In this document: in pieces, positions 41,486 to 55,047 of the stretch | Layout of the letters: each line of letters starts with the position of its first letter | How positions within the stretch are numbered: position 1 is the stretch's first letter | Assembly: GCA_951406725.2 (NCBI GenBank) | Contig: OX597819.1 | Span: forward strand, 68,758,001 to 68,822,000 | Length of the DNA: 64,000 nucleotides | From: Octopus vulgaris | Lineage: Eukaryota | Direction: 5' to 3' | Translations under genes and position numbers: made by a program | Notes under the pieces: generated by a model | Told to the model about the DNA's origin: nothing | Database searches by the model: none | Seen by the model: the letters and a program-made list of their open reading frames with translations, nothing else

Positions 41486-43014
41486 TATTGGTTTTATTTT
41501 CGATTTCATTTTCATTGATATATTTTCGTTGGGTGAAACACGATTCATGGCAAATTCTGTATCTTTTATTCTCACAATCTCCTCTCAAATATCTGTATGA
41601 GTGCGGCGACGAGCAGAATCGCTCTAGTTAAAAAGACCTGACTTGTACAGAGTCCGTGCTGATGTTGATTAACTTCAGGTGAATTCTGACAGATAAAACC
41701 ATAGACATTTTTATTCATAAAACCGCAATAACAAATGTGAGTCACAATTTCCTGGGATGTGCTGTAAAATTAACAATATATGACTGCTACTTCTAGCATT
41801 CAGGCGACCATATACACAGTTTGTCACTGGCTTGTGCGGAGTTTTTGTTGACATAGGTTTGATACAGTGCTCAGCCATTGATTTGTCTTGATTGTGACAT
41901 GGCTTGAAACAAAATGCGCTGGGATTGGTTTAGTTTCAATATTCGAACCTACGTTCAAACAAACTATATTTTTCCACTGAGAAACAACTTGAAAATCAAT
42001 TCTTTCAAACTGAACTCTACATTTTATTTGTGAATTTGTTTCTACGGGTATGTGTATGTGTGTGTTTATAAATATATGTAGCTCCGGACCTAGGTTTCAT
42101 AAGGCCGGTTGCCCAGTTTCCAGGGCGTACAAATGACTGAGATTGCAGCGTCCCCTCTACATGGGAGACAGGGCCACAGCAGGTGTCAAGACTAGCAATT
42201 TTAAGAGAAACGAACACAATAATTATATCTGCAGTAGCTTCTTTCATCAATAGCGGGAGACATAAAAGGCAAAGTCGATCTCAGAACGTAAAGATTCGGA
42301 AGATATGACAGTAACTATTTTGAGCAGTGAGCTAAAAATTCTACCAACTCGCCGATGTCGTATTATTTATTATGAAGAAACAAATTACTCACAAACAAGA
42401 GGTCTTTTTATTTACTGTGAGTTGAGTTAATGGTATTCGACACATGTTTTTCATGATTATTGTAACAAGTCAGAAGAGATTTTGTACCGTATGACATTAA
42501 TAGCAGTCGACTAGACCGAGAAAATTAGATATTCTTCAGAGATATGGGCGTATGGAATTTAGAACTAGAGTTAAACTGTAAATTTAGATATGACGAAAAA
42601 AAAAAAAAACAAATCAGTAAAAATATTAAAAAACAGAAAAACGTATATTAACGCTGGAAATATGTAGATAGAGGTATAAACGAATATACAAAAAGTTAAG
42701 CTAAAAAAAAACGAACAGATAAAAATTTAGGAATCTAAAGAAAATATGTACATAGGCTATGACACTATTCTCATGTGAACATATATTTAAATATACAAAC
42801 ATGTAAGCGGAAAATTTCGAAAGCAATAAATGAAAAAATAGGACGAAAGAAAAACATAAATAATAATTGGGGCGATAAAACTTTTCCCTGTGCGGGTAGG
42901 TACAGCTGAAAAAACATTGTAGAAAATTAAGATATCGCAAATATAATAAAATATATATATATATACAGAGAAACAGAGACTAGATAAGAGGTATATATTC
43001 GTAGATGTATAAGG

Positions 43015-43034
43015 TATGTCTGTACATGTATATG

Positions 43035-43072
<38 letters not shown>

Positions 43073-43232
43073 CATATGCATATAAACACACATATATATA
43101 CGTGTATATATATAATTATGTATATATGCATATATTATATACATAAATATATATATATAAATATCTATATATATAAGTGCATATATATGTATATATATAT
43201 ATATGTGTGTGTGTATATATATATCTATATGC

Positions 43233-43292
<60 letters not shown>

Positions 43293-43348
43293 ATGCATAT
43301 ATGCGTACACTAGCACACATGCTTTTATGTCACTATTCATACATACAT

Positions 43349-43390
<42 letters not shown>

Positions 43391-43454
43391 ATACTTACGT
43401 GTGTTTTGACATATAAGTACACACATGAACCCACATACATATATTTGGTTGACG

Positions 43455-43519
<65 letters not shown>

Positions 43520-43787
43520 TTGAGTGATGTCTATATGTATGTATGTATGTACGTATGTATATATATATATGTGTGTGTGTGTGCTGTGTGTGTGTTGTGT
43601 GTGCGTGGCTGTGTAGAACTTACATAAGCTAGGAAAACTAATTATTTAAAAGTACAAAGTAATATCTTCTTTCTGAGTAGATTTGAAAAGTTCTGATAAA
43701 CTAAATGACTGCTATGACGTCATTAGTTACACAGAATTTCCTGTAGATTACGGATAATACTATTAGATGTACATATGTGTGTTTATA

Positions 43788-43833
<46 letters not shown>

Positions 43834-44226
43834 TTATATATATGTGTGATATATATATATATATATATATGTGATAGATATGTATATATATATATACATA
43901 TATGATATTTATATATATATATATATTTATTATATGTAAATATGTATATGTGCAAATATATGTGTATATGTGTGTAGTGTAAAATTTGTGAATACAATAT
44001 AGGTGTATGTGTGCATGTGTGAGTGTGTGCTCGCGCGTTGTTGTGCGTTTGTGAGTCTGAGTGTTTCAGCTTGTATTTTGTCTCTCTTAGTCGGATGTGT
44101 GTATATATATGTACCTATGTAGGCGAATAGATAAGAAATTTAATGATAACCTAATACATCGTTATATATGTGTGGGTTGGTGTATACGTATATGTCTAAT
44201 GTGTTTGTCTTACACTGTTATGTTAG

Positions 44227-44279
<53 letters not shown>
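43015..44279. repeat. Compound (TA)n/(TG)n microsatellite field
   Basis: Direct reading; source of YI-repeat ORFs. Confidence 0.85.
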
Positions 44280-44280
<1 letters not shown>

Positions 44281-44281
<1 letters not shown>

Positions 44282-44607
44282 ACCCACATAAATACAACCC
44301 ACATAACCAAACCAAAACGCTACTACCAAACATCCACCCCAGGAACCAACCATACAACCATAACAAACAACAAATGCACTACGGAGGAAACAACTACCAA
44401 CACAATACACCTGAGGAACTAAGACGTAACACTAGGTTCAACAACAGACTCCAGAACAGAGCACCACAAACTCACTCTGACAATTATAACAACATGAGAC
44501 AGATAAATAATAGCTTTGAACATAACTACACCAACCATTTTTTAGACCCCACACACAGGAACAGGGACACACGATGGCAAAGGACAAACAAAAGAAACCT
44601 CAGGTAA
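44281..44607 (+). CDS. Upstream N/Q/H-rich ORF (C-terminal part, open from truncation point) of the PLE
   Basis: No stop from 44281 (NPHKYNPHNQ...MHYGGNNYQHN...NHFLDPTHR...NLR*); contains in-phase T TTT TTA at 44538-44544 leading -1 into the RT frame. Confidence 0.5.
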
Positions 44608-45308
44608 TTAAGATAATCAATCTCTCAAACAAAGAACTTACACCTAACGAAATAAGCATACTCTCCAAAGGACTTAAATTTACACCCACCCCACAACGTT
44701 CTAATTATTATGAAATGAAAGATGATATTTCGGAATTTTGCAGAAAACTAAGACTCACCGAGGCATTTCAAGACAAACAAATAGAGGAGGACTCAATAGC
44801 TAGAAACAAGAGCAATTACACCCCCACCAAAGGTAAGAATAAAGCCTTAGACCGCTATTGTGACTACGTAACTAATTTCCCGTTTCAATTCATCAAGAAA
44901 CAAAAACACAGCCCTAACTTCAACAAAAGAGAATGGAACGACCTCATCAAACTAAGAGAAGACAAAACAATAACAATTAAGGAGGCAGATAAGGGCAACG
45001 CGATTGTAATAATGAATACAAACAATTATAAAAATTTAGTGCTATCCCTATTAAGAGATGAAACGTATTATGAAAGGGCCCAACAGTATAACCAGCAAAA
45101 AATAATGCATAACCTTAGGACATTAATCAACACATACCAAGAAGTACTCACGAACAAGGAATATGAATACATCACTAACTTCAAATGCAAATCGAGTTTG
45201 TTCTATGGTATCCCTAAGGTACACAAAAGCCAAACCATTAGAGAAACGTGCAAAACATCCACCCCGACACACTCATCAAAATCCCTTCACCAAATGATCT
45301 TAAACTAA
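44574..45308 (+). pseudogene. PLE polyprotein N-terminal/pre-RT segment
   Basis: IINLSNKELT..E..ILSKGLKFTPTP, ITIKEADKGNAIVIMN..Y, LFYGIPKVHK, all PLE RT N-terminal motifs; frameshift near 45255. Confidence 0.9.
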
Positions 45309-46375
45309 GACCGATAATAGCAGGGCCAGCATGTGAAACTCACCGCCTCAGCAATTTCTTAGACACACTTCTTAAACCTTTCCTAAAACACATCAAAAGC
45401 TACGTAAGAGACGATATAGATATGCTCAACCACCTCACTAAAACAGTCAATGAGAAAACCCTTCTAGTATCATTCGACGTAGTTAATCTTTATTCTAACA
45501 TCCCTCACAACCTAGGAATAGAAGCAATCACCTTCTGGCTGAATAACTACCCCTTTGAACTCCCAACTCGCATAAACAAAGACCTTATAATAGAAGGACT
45601 TAGATTCATTTTAGAGAACAATTATTTTATTTTTGACAATGATTTCTACAGGCAAAGATCGGGAACAGCGATGGGCACGCGTACTGCACCATCTTTTGCC
45701 AACCTAGTGATGGGATACCTCGAGAAAATACTATACCGGATGACACTCGAGAAATATGGAAACACCTTCGCCACCTATATCCATAACAACTGGAAAAGAT
45801 ACCTCGATGACTGTTTCATCATCTGGGACAAAGGCATAGAGAAACTTGAGGAATTTAAAATTCTATTAAATGGAATAAATGACAATATACAATTCACGAT
45901 GGACCACAACGAAAAAGAATTACCATTTTTAGACATCCTCATTAAGAAAACCGGCAACAAAATAGAGACAGATATCTACTATAAACCGACAGACTCTAAA
46001 CAGTACCTACCCTTTGATTCATGCCACCCACGACACACTAGAATTAATGTCCCTTTTTGTTTAGCTAGAAGGATTTGCACCATAATATCAGACACAAACA
46101 CCCGACACACACGTCTCCAGGAACTTAGAACCACACTCACAAATAGAAACTATCCACAGCCCCTAATAGACAGTGCAATCCAACGGGTACTTAAATTAAG
46201 TATAGAAGACCTGAGACAAACAAAACCAAAAAAGAAAGAACAATTAAAAACCCTTCCCTACATCTCTACACACAACCCACTCAACAATGAGGCCTTCAAC
46301 ACCATACTACAAAGCACAGCCCTACTAAAGGGAGACCCAAAGATGAACCGGATCCTCGAAACACACCATCATTAA
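45248..46375 (+). pseudogene. PLE reverse transcriptase core + thumb
   Basis: LRPIIAG, SFDVVNLYSNIPH, YRQRSGTAMGTRTAPSFANLVMG, WKRYLDDCF, LPFLDI, YYKPTDSKQYL..SCHP. Confidence 0.95.
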
Positions 46376-46397
46376 AAGTAAACGGCAACCAAAATCC

Positions 46398-46871
46398 TTG
46401 AAAAGGATTTTAACCCAAGCTACACTGCACTCAACATCAACCACAAAACCAGCAGTTAGAAAATGTGGAAGGCCCAACTGCGGAATATGTGTCATCTTGA
46501 AAGAAGGATCAGAATTTATACTGGAACAAGGCCACCAGTTCACCATTAGAACAAACTTCACCTGCGCATCAGAAAACTTAATTTACGTCATAACATGCGC
46601 AGGCTGCAATAGGCAGTATATAGGCCATACAAAAAATAGCTTACGTAACAGGATGGCGGTGCATAAATCACAAATTAGAAACCCTGATTACCGCAAAATA
46701 CCGGTCAGCGGACACATAGATAGATGTGCTGGAAATGTAAATCCGAAATTTACAACTAACCCGCTCTATAAATTCAGTGACAACGCAACCTTCACACAAC
46801 GCCAAAATAAAGAACTATATTTCATAAAAAAATTTAGACCAAGTTTAAACACCCTGGGCCAGGAATACTAA
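46398..46871 (+). pseudogene. PLE Cys-rich linker + GIY-YIG endonuclease
   Basis: KCGRPNCGIC...FTCASENLIYVITCAGCNRQYIGHT...LRNRMAVH...H...RQNKELYFI...PSLN; joined to RT by an apparent 2-bp deletion at ~46365. Confidence 0.92.
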
Positions 46872-47038
46872 AACAAAAGATAAGTCCTCCGAAAAGGAGA
46901 ACCTAATTTCACCACGGCCGCTACTTCAAACAGACACTCACTCTGACGGAAATATGCCTTAGTAAAAAAGGAAAAAAACTATTTCGTGCAAATCTGACCC
47001 TGATACATACGATACAGCTAAGGGTCAGACCCGATTCT

Positions 47039-47435
47039 GATTGGTCAACAAGTTGATGACGTCTAGCTCTGCTAGAATGGACAGGATACAAACAGGGGAC
47101 AGTCATTAGTCAGAATATTGATGACGTCCTTTTCTGCTTGAATAGTCACCTAACAAGTACAGACAGGGGGCAGATCTAATGTAGCTATAAGTCGTGATTG
47201 GGCAGAATCTGGATGACGTCCCGCTATGCTTGACTAACGAAGCGACTGGTCAAGACAGGAAACAAACAAGAGGGAGTTATAATGCAGCGATTGGTCAAAA
47301 TAATGATGACGTCCCGTTCCACTTGATTAAAGCCACCTAACGAAACGATTGGTCAAAACATTGATGACGTCACGCTACGCTAGATTGACCACCTAACAGG
47401 CATTATAAAACCGAGCATTTCACAAAAACTCACTA
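47039..47435 (+). promoter_or_regulatory. Putative pLTR promoter: 5x [ATTGG-N12-TGACGTC] modules, TATA box, Inr
   Basis: Modules at 47039, 47104 (ATTAG), 47196, 47289, 47347; TATAAAA 47404-47410; TCACT 47430-47434. Confidence 0.65.
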
Positions 47436-47741
47436 GAACCACCCAGCGAACTTCCACCATAGGCCATCACAATTGCTTAAGGTAAAAATGAATTCCTCGC
47501 TCTTTCGGAAACATCAATCTTCTGTATTGACCGCTTTCCACCACTTTGATCTGTTTTTTGTATTGAATACGTATCGCCACCGTGGGCCACTGCATCGAAC
47601 ACTTTGAACATATACTTCAAACTATATATCAACTATACATGAACTATATATCAACTATACATGAACTCTAAGATGTCTGACTCCGTTGTGTATTATAAAT
47701 GAATTTCTTGTGTTTGACGGCATGAGCTGTCTCTTTTTATA

Positions 47742-47790
47742 TATAACTTTTTTTTGATAAGGTTCATTTCAGGAACTGAAACATGTTATA
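47742..47790 (+). ncRNA. Degenerate hammerhead motif in the PLE 3' end
   Basis: TATAAC(T)n TGATAA GGTTC atttcag GAACT GAAAC ATGTTATA: stem II GGTTC/GAACT, palindromic AACATGTT; core mutated. Confidence 0.5.
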
Positions 47791-47848
47791 ATGTATATAT
47801 AAAAATTAAAAATTGTATAATACAGCAGCATTTTCGAACTTCATTTTT

Positions 47849-47939
<91 letters not shown>

Positions 47940-49234
47940 ATATATACATCTATATATATACACATATATATGTACATATATATATATAAATATATATACA
48001 TATATATACATATACATACATATATATATGTATGTGTGTGTATATGCATATATATATGTATATATATGTGAGTGTGTGTGTCTGTTTGTGTGTGCGCGCG
48101 TGTGTATGTGCGTGTGTGTGTGTGTATCTGTGTGCATGCATATGCCTGTGCGCATGCACAGCTGTTTGTCTTGTGCGCCTCTCTACGAACAAGTGTTTCT
48201 TGTTTGGGAAAAGATGAAATTACGAAATTACGTCCGCGCTTTAGAAAACAATGCAATGTTATATCAGGCTAAATTGAATCCATCGTATGGACAATTAAAT
48301 ATATACACCGCCATTATTGACTTGATTAAGCACAGATACAAGAGAAACACTCTTCACACCACATACACAACATAAATATTTCCTTCCAAATCGTTTCTAA
48401 AGCTCCATTAACAAAATATTATTATCATTTACACAGCCTGGTTCTTAGGGTTTTATGACGAAAAGAAATGTATTTGCTATGGATTCACTCCCTCCATTTC
48501 TATACATTACTCATAGAATTAGTTGCAGAGGCTTTGTTCTCGGATGGATTTATCCATGTTGGCATTACATTCCTGTTTGATACATTTCGGGCTGTTTTGC
48601 CATACACGTGGCAAACTTTATGTATTGCATAAAATATTGTCTGTTTTACGAGTGTTATACAATAACGTGAATACTTCCTCTTTGTTGCTAGTATCTATAA
48701 ATTGCTGGAAATTATTTTGTTCTGTGGTTTGGTCTACGAAAATGTCACGTTACACCACATCGCTTTAATTCGGTGCCATTTTATTGCAGAAGTAATTATG
48801 TCAAATATTAGGATTTGGAAAGGAATTTATGATTATTTTCCCCTCGTACATGCGTTCGTGCGTGCCAGTGTGTATGTGTGTGTTTGTGTATATATATATA
48901 TATGTGTGTGTGTGTGCATGTAATGCAGGGCTGTTTTCATTTAATAAACAATATGGTAAACTCGAAAAATACCATCACATAGCGTTGTAATTCAAGAAAC
49001 TGATCATAAAAGATATAATAGATTATTTAAAACAAAATTAATGTTGGGATAACAAGATTATAAATTTTGATGTATTGATGTGGAAGTTATATTTGCAAGT
49101 CTACACATATGCATACACATATGTACATATATACATGTACCCACACATATATATGTGTGTGTACATATATATATCTATGTATATGTATATATATATATGT
49201 ATATGCATATATGTATATATATACATATATATAT

Positions 49235-49273
<39 letters not shown>

Positions 49274-49596
49274 TGCACATTCTCCCAATCGAGCAGTTAC
49301 AGCTACATACCTGCGAGCATTTTATGTATGTATGTATGCAGCTATGTATATATAGATATACAATCTATTCTGCACCTGTGTACGCAAATACCTAATGTGC
49401 AACTATATTCAACATGCTTATACTTATAGCTATACATGTATATTGAACTAACACTATTCATGTGCACAGAGAATGCAGAGACAGATCTTATTCAAGCATA
49501 TAGATTTACATTATATGTACACACTTACATATACATATTATACACACACATACACACATACATATGTGGGTATTACTCTCTCTCTCACTCTTTATT

Positions 49597-49646
<50 letters not shown>

Positions 49647-49762
49647 TTGATATATGTACACACACACACACGCATACACACACAAATATATATATTTAAA
49701 TGCTGAGATGCATGCCTGCGATGAATATCTTTCTGCGGTTATTGTTTTATGTATTCAGAATA

Positions 49763-49835
<73 letters not shown>

Positions 49836-50530
49836 TAAAAAATGAAAAGAGGAAGAACAGGAAAACATTTAAACGCTAAACCAAATTATTACCCACAAGA
49901 GCTAGAAATCAATTCAAATGAGACGATTAATATGCACAGGAAGAACATATGTTAAATTCCAAATAATTATGTTACCTGTGAGCAAAAATATATGCAAATT
50001 TTCCCCTAATGCTGATGCCTACATACTGCTCCGATATAATTTTTACATTCATACATTTAAATACACACTCTTTGTTGATGACATACATACAAATTACGCT
50101 CAAATTTATATATACACACATTTCTTTTTACATACATTCACATAAAGCCTGACAGAGTGTTTTCCGCGTGTATATGTCTATCTATATATTTATATAATAA
50201 TGTACATACGAATTTAATTCTCTCGCTTTCGCTCAGTTACTTCATCATATCCAAAAGTATTAAAGTAATAAAACTGCTTAACATTCTATTTAGGTTTACA
50301 ATTAAATTTTAAAATCAATGAAATTCATCACAATTTTTATTTTCGAATATATACCATTATCCATGCGCACAAATACATAAAACGCATAGACATATTTAGA
50401 TATATTTATACATGACGTACCTACATATATATGTACAGATATACAACCACGTACGAGCAGAAACATCAACACGCGTATATACACATACACAGAAAGACCA
50501 CACTCTCATAAATACATAAATACATATATA

Positions 50531-50591
<61 letters not shown>

Positions 50592-50639
50592 GCAGCCTTA
50601 TGTTGCATGCATCAGTTTTTTGCATGTTACATACGTCAA

Positions 50640-52250
50640 GCCGTAGTTTCTATGCTTTTCACGTTGTGACAACCCTGATTTAACCACCCCATCGATGGTA
50701 TGAAATCTAGGGAGCAGTGCCAAACCAGTTTATTCATGAGTCATAATTTTGCCATCCTTCCACCGTTTCCACATATTTTTGATATTTCTCCATATTCTCC
50801 TGAATGACACCTTTACATCTTTTCAGATTACAGAAAAAACGTGGAAGCTTCTGACATCTGTACAAAGTCTTTTGTTGCGACATTTTCTGTAACCATGAAT
50901 TCCTTTCTCACGTGCCACGTTTCAGCCTTGTGCATTACCAACAATGTTTAGAACATGTTCTCAGAAGCTTGTCTTAGGGATTTGCCAGGTTTGGTGAAGA
51001 CTGTATATGCAGATGGTTCTCACTGTGGTGTTCACGAAATTGTCATTGCTTTAGCTCTGTCATCTCTTTTATTCTGGTATTATTCTACTTGTTTCTCTCA
51101 TTAGACCACGACCATACTGAGGCACCGCCTTGAAGAAGTCCAGTCGAACAGATCGACCCCGGTAACTTAAAGCCTTTATTGTATCGGTCACTTTTGCTGA
51201 ACCGTTAAGTTATACTGACGTAAACACACCACCACTCACACACACGCACGCATACACACACGCATACAGACAAACAGAAAGACATACATATATATACTAC
51301 AGGCCTCTTACTGTTTCTGTCTACCAAATCTATTGGAAAGGCTTAACTCAGCTCGAGGCTATAATAGAAGTCACCTGCCCAATGTCCCACATATTGAAAC
51401 CGGAACCATGGGGCTAGAAATCAAACTTCGTATCACGCAGCTATGCCACTTCCTATATATCGACTTTTTGATAACAGCTACGTATATAGCGTAAGACGAC
51501 TCCCTAAAGGTCCAAGATGCCAATTCACTGCCACAAATGAACGCCCCTGTAAAATCTCACAATCATAGACTCTGCAGGTTAGATTTATCACACTATTCGT
51601 CTTATTTATCCTCGATCAGTGCTCATGTTTCATTTGGAGCAATAAAATCTCGGCTTTCCAATGTGCTGTTCTAATATGGTGTCCTGCTACTACATGATCC
51701 AGCCGATTCTCGTGATATTCTGTTACCCATAACCCCACCCTGCGCATGAGTTTCGAATCCAGATTATCCGCAGCATCGTGTGCTTTCCAAATTCGTCCAC
51801 TCTTAGGTCACTGAACTCCCAGTATCGCATCCATCCATCCCACTGATAGAAGAACATAGCAAGTCCTTCTTGAGCCTATTGTGCATTTACAATATATTTT
51901 GTTGTCAGTAAACAGTGACCGGACTTAGTTCACTACATAACCCATGTTATATTCAAATGAACTTGGTGTCCCTCCTCTTAAATTTTACATCTATGAACAT
52001 CAGGGTCTTATTGAGACCAAAGACCTGAGCATGAGTGGGTATCTAGCATCTTAATATATTCAAAACATGAAATTGCTGAGTAAATTTATCCAGCCAATGC
52101 CATTGAGACTGATTTCTAACGTTTGCTTTCGTTTCAAAACATATTGGAAACCTCAGATATAAGTCGTCTATATTTCGTCGACACGGCGCTGGTTTCTTGA
52201 TGGTAACTAAGGCCTCCTAAAAATTAAGAGAATATAGTCATCATGTTTTG
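50640..52250 (-). pseudogene. RTE-like LINE fragments interrupted by a SINE family A copy (51050-51455, - strand)
   Basis: Reverse strand VMHKAETW (~50925) and GCDTG (~51830) resemble the RTE LYGxETW motif; SINE A in reverse orientation. Confidence 0.4.
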
Positions 52251-52470
52251 CCAGTATGCGTCTTGTGTGTGTGTGTGTGCATGTGTTGTGTGAAACTGTA
52301 AGTGTGTGTGGGCGTTTGTGTCTGTGTGTGTTTGTGTGTCTTTGTGCGTGTGAAATTATATATCTATGCATACAGATACAGTTTTACACACACACATTCA
52401 TGCATATATATATACTTATATATATAGACACATCTACCTATTTTTCTTTCTCTCTCTCTCTCCGTATATA

Positions 52471-52573
<103 letters not shown>

Positions 52574-52859
52574 GTGCGTGTGTGTGTATACATATATATT
52601 TATAAATTTCCCCCTCTACCAATTCAGGGAGGATACAACGAATAAGTAAAGAAACTCTCTTTATTACAAAATACAGGCCACTTCTTAACGGGTCTACGAC
52701 AAACGATATATACACCTCAGCTTTAGAATAACACAAATACACACGCAAATATTACATCCCCAAAGAATCCATTACAAATCAACCCCAATCACAGCTATAA
52801 CCCATAACGTGCCAACTTCAAATCATACAACACCTCACTACTTCCACTCATTCATATTC

Positions 52860-52918
52860 TCCCTTCTCTTTCTTCTCCTTCCTCTTCTTCATCATCATCA
52901 TTATCATCATCATCATTG

Positions 52919-52949
<31 letters not shown>

Positions 52950-53080
52950 CTTCTTTTTCATCATCATCATCAACATCGTCATCATTATCATCATCATCAT
53001 CATCATCATCTTCTTTTTCTTCTTCTTCTTCTTCTTCTTCTTCTTCTTCTCCTTCTTCTTCTGCTCCAGCTTCTACTTCT
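52860..53080. repeat. (CAT)n/(CTT)n microsatellite
   Basis: Direct reading. Confidence 0.9.
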
Positions 53081-53511
53081 TAAGTTTATCACTAATGCTT
53101 TTTAGTATAACACCTACGCAAATTCTATAAATAAACCTTTCAATAGAAATATTCTCATGAATTGAACTGCAACTGCTAGCCGCTACTGACCATTCGAAAT
53201 ACGACAATCAAGGCACTCCCAAATTTCCCACTCCTTCTCCTCGTCATCCTTCATGTTCTTCTACCCTACCAGGAATTCACAACGACCTCGAACCCACAAG
53301 TGTAAACAAGAGAGACAGAGAAAGGCAGAAACAAGGAAAATGCCACTTATATTTGAACACTATACAAATATTCCTTTCAAAAACTTTTCTTTTCATTTTT
53401 CTAAATTTAATTATTTAATCGTTACAGTTGAAAAGGTCTCAAAATGACAGAAACCGGTACTGAAATGTTCTTTATAAAATTATTTTAGCATTTTCTATCT
53501 TGACTTGTTTA

Positions 53512-53554
<43 letters not shown>

Positions 53555-53557
<3 letters not shown>

Positions 53558-53653
53558 CATATATTCCTTCTTCCCTGAGCATCCAATAATACTATATTTG
53601 TTCCACGTCCTCACGTTGTTGGGTTTTTTGTGTTTTCTTGTTTGGATTAACTT
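53555..53653 (+). mobile_element. Family H1 3' fragment
   Basis: Reverse complement of 10195-10290; flanked by (TA)n. Confidence 0.8.
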
Positions 53654-53661
53654 TATATATA

Positions 53662-53697
<36 letters not shown>

Positions 53698-53724
53698 TGT
53701 ATGTATGTATGTATGTATATATAT

Positions 53725-54110
53725 TGAGGGAGAATTCACGAAAAAGAGGCGAAGTCAGGTGGTGTAGACAACAAACCGATGTATTAGTTTAACGCTCGGA
53801 AAGTGAAAAAGTCTTTGACGTTTAGAGCCTACGCTCTTCCACAGAAAGGAACAGGGAGAGAAAATAAAGAATGTGTAGTAGTTAATGATCTGTCATGGTG
53901 AATACCAAAGAGTGGGGTCATACATGAGAGCTAGGAAGAAGGAGAGATAATAAAGTAGTGTTGATCCCAAGACGAATGTGCGCGTTCGTGTGTATAAGAG
54001 AGTATGTATTTGCATGTGGAAGAGAGCTGGTGACCTTGACGTGTGCGTGTTTCATGTATAGGTATGTGGATGTTTGTGTGGATTTTGGAAAGTGGTCAGT
54101 ACTTGTGTGT
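53725..54110 (-). mobile_element. Longer family H2 element with HHR-like motif (53813-53848)
   Basis: Reverse strand CTTT CTGTGGA A GAGC gtag GCTC TAAAC GTC AAAG. Confidence 0.7.
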
Positions 54111-55047
54111 GTCTGAGGTGGAGTTATGTGATGTGGTGTGGTGTGGTGTGGTATGGTGGTGTGTAGTGTGAAGGTGTGTGATACGGTGGTGCGTTGTGTG
54201 GTAGTGTTTTGATCTGGGGTAGGCAGGAGTGGGAAAAGCAAGGGTAGGGTGCGGGTTAGCAAAAGAGTGAGAGAGATGGAGACACAGACAGAGACAGAGG
54301 CACATACACAGACAGACAGATATACAGATATCTAGAATTAGATATAAATAGACATGTGTTCAATTTTGTTATAAACATACATATTTCTTTTGTTATATAT
54401 TTTGTAACTTGTATCGATAGTTATAGAATGCTTATGTTCTGTTCTGTTTTGTTATTTTTCTGTTTCTATTATACCTGTACACACACAGACACACACACTA
54501 AACAATATGGTGAAACCTGCAATATACAAAACGCTTTGTCTTAGTGACACACTAATTTTAATGGCACAATAGTTCACAATGTCTTGAGAGGATATATTAA
54601 TGAAATAATTGCACATTTAAACGTCTATCCATGGTGGAAACAACATGATTTATTTGTACAGATATCAAAGTAGACCACTGAGATTTCAACATTTTCAGAT
54701 CTTAAAAGATTTATGTGTGAAAATCATCTGCTTCGAAAACGTTTTAATAATCGTATATATCTAAATCACAATAGCACATTACTTACATACTCCAGGACAA
54801 AGAAAAAATAAAACACTCTCAATACATCAAACGAAACAATTGGAAATAAGCATGCGTTGAATTTGCATATCTACATCGTTTCTTGGGGAAACAAATAAGA
54901 TTGAAATTAGCATAATAGATTGTCTATTTCTTTATGAAAAGTTTTCGATATTCGTTTCAGATTTTGACGCAAGGTCAGCGATATAGGTGAAGGGGCTACG
55001 TCTTCGTTTACATTGCTCCCGAAGTTCAAATAGTACTTATTTTAATC

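Larger units (their letters stand above)
44280..47851 (+). mobile_element. Penelope-like retroelement (Neptune-type), 5'-truncated, inserted in (TA)n
   Basis: RT + Cys linker + C-terminal GIY-YIG, ~1-kb 3' pLTR region with promoter motifs and HHR remnant; (TA)n at both boundaries (44229-44279, 47852+). Confidence 0.93.

Noticed and set aside
45248-45308. Second -1 frame change within the PLE RT as programmed frameshift
   Set aside because: No X XXY YYZ heptamer in phase, and it falls inside the continuous RT domain; more likely a mutation or sequencing error.
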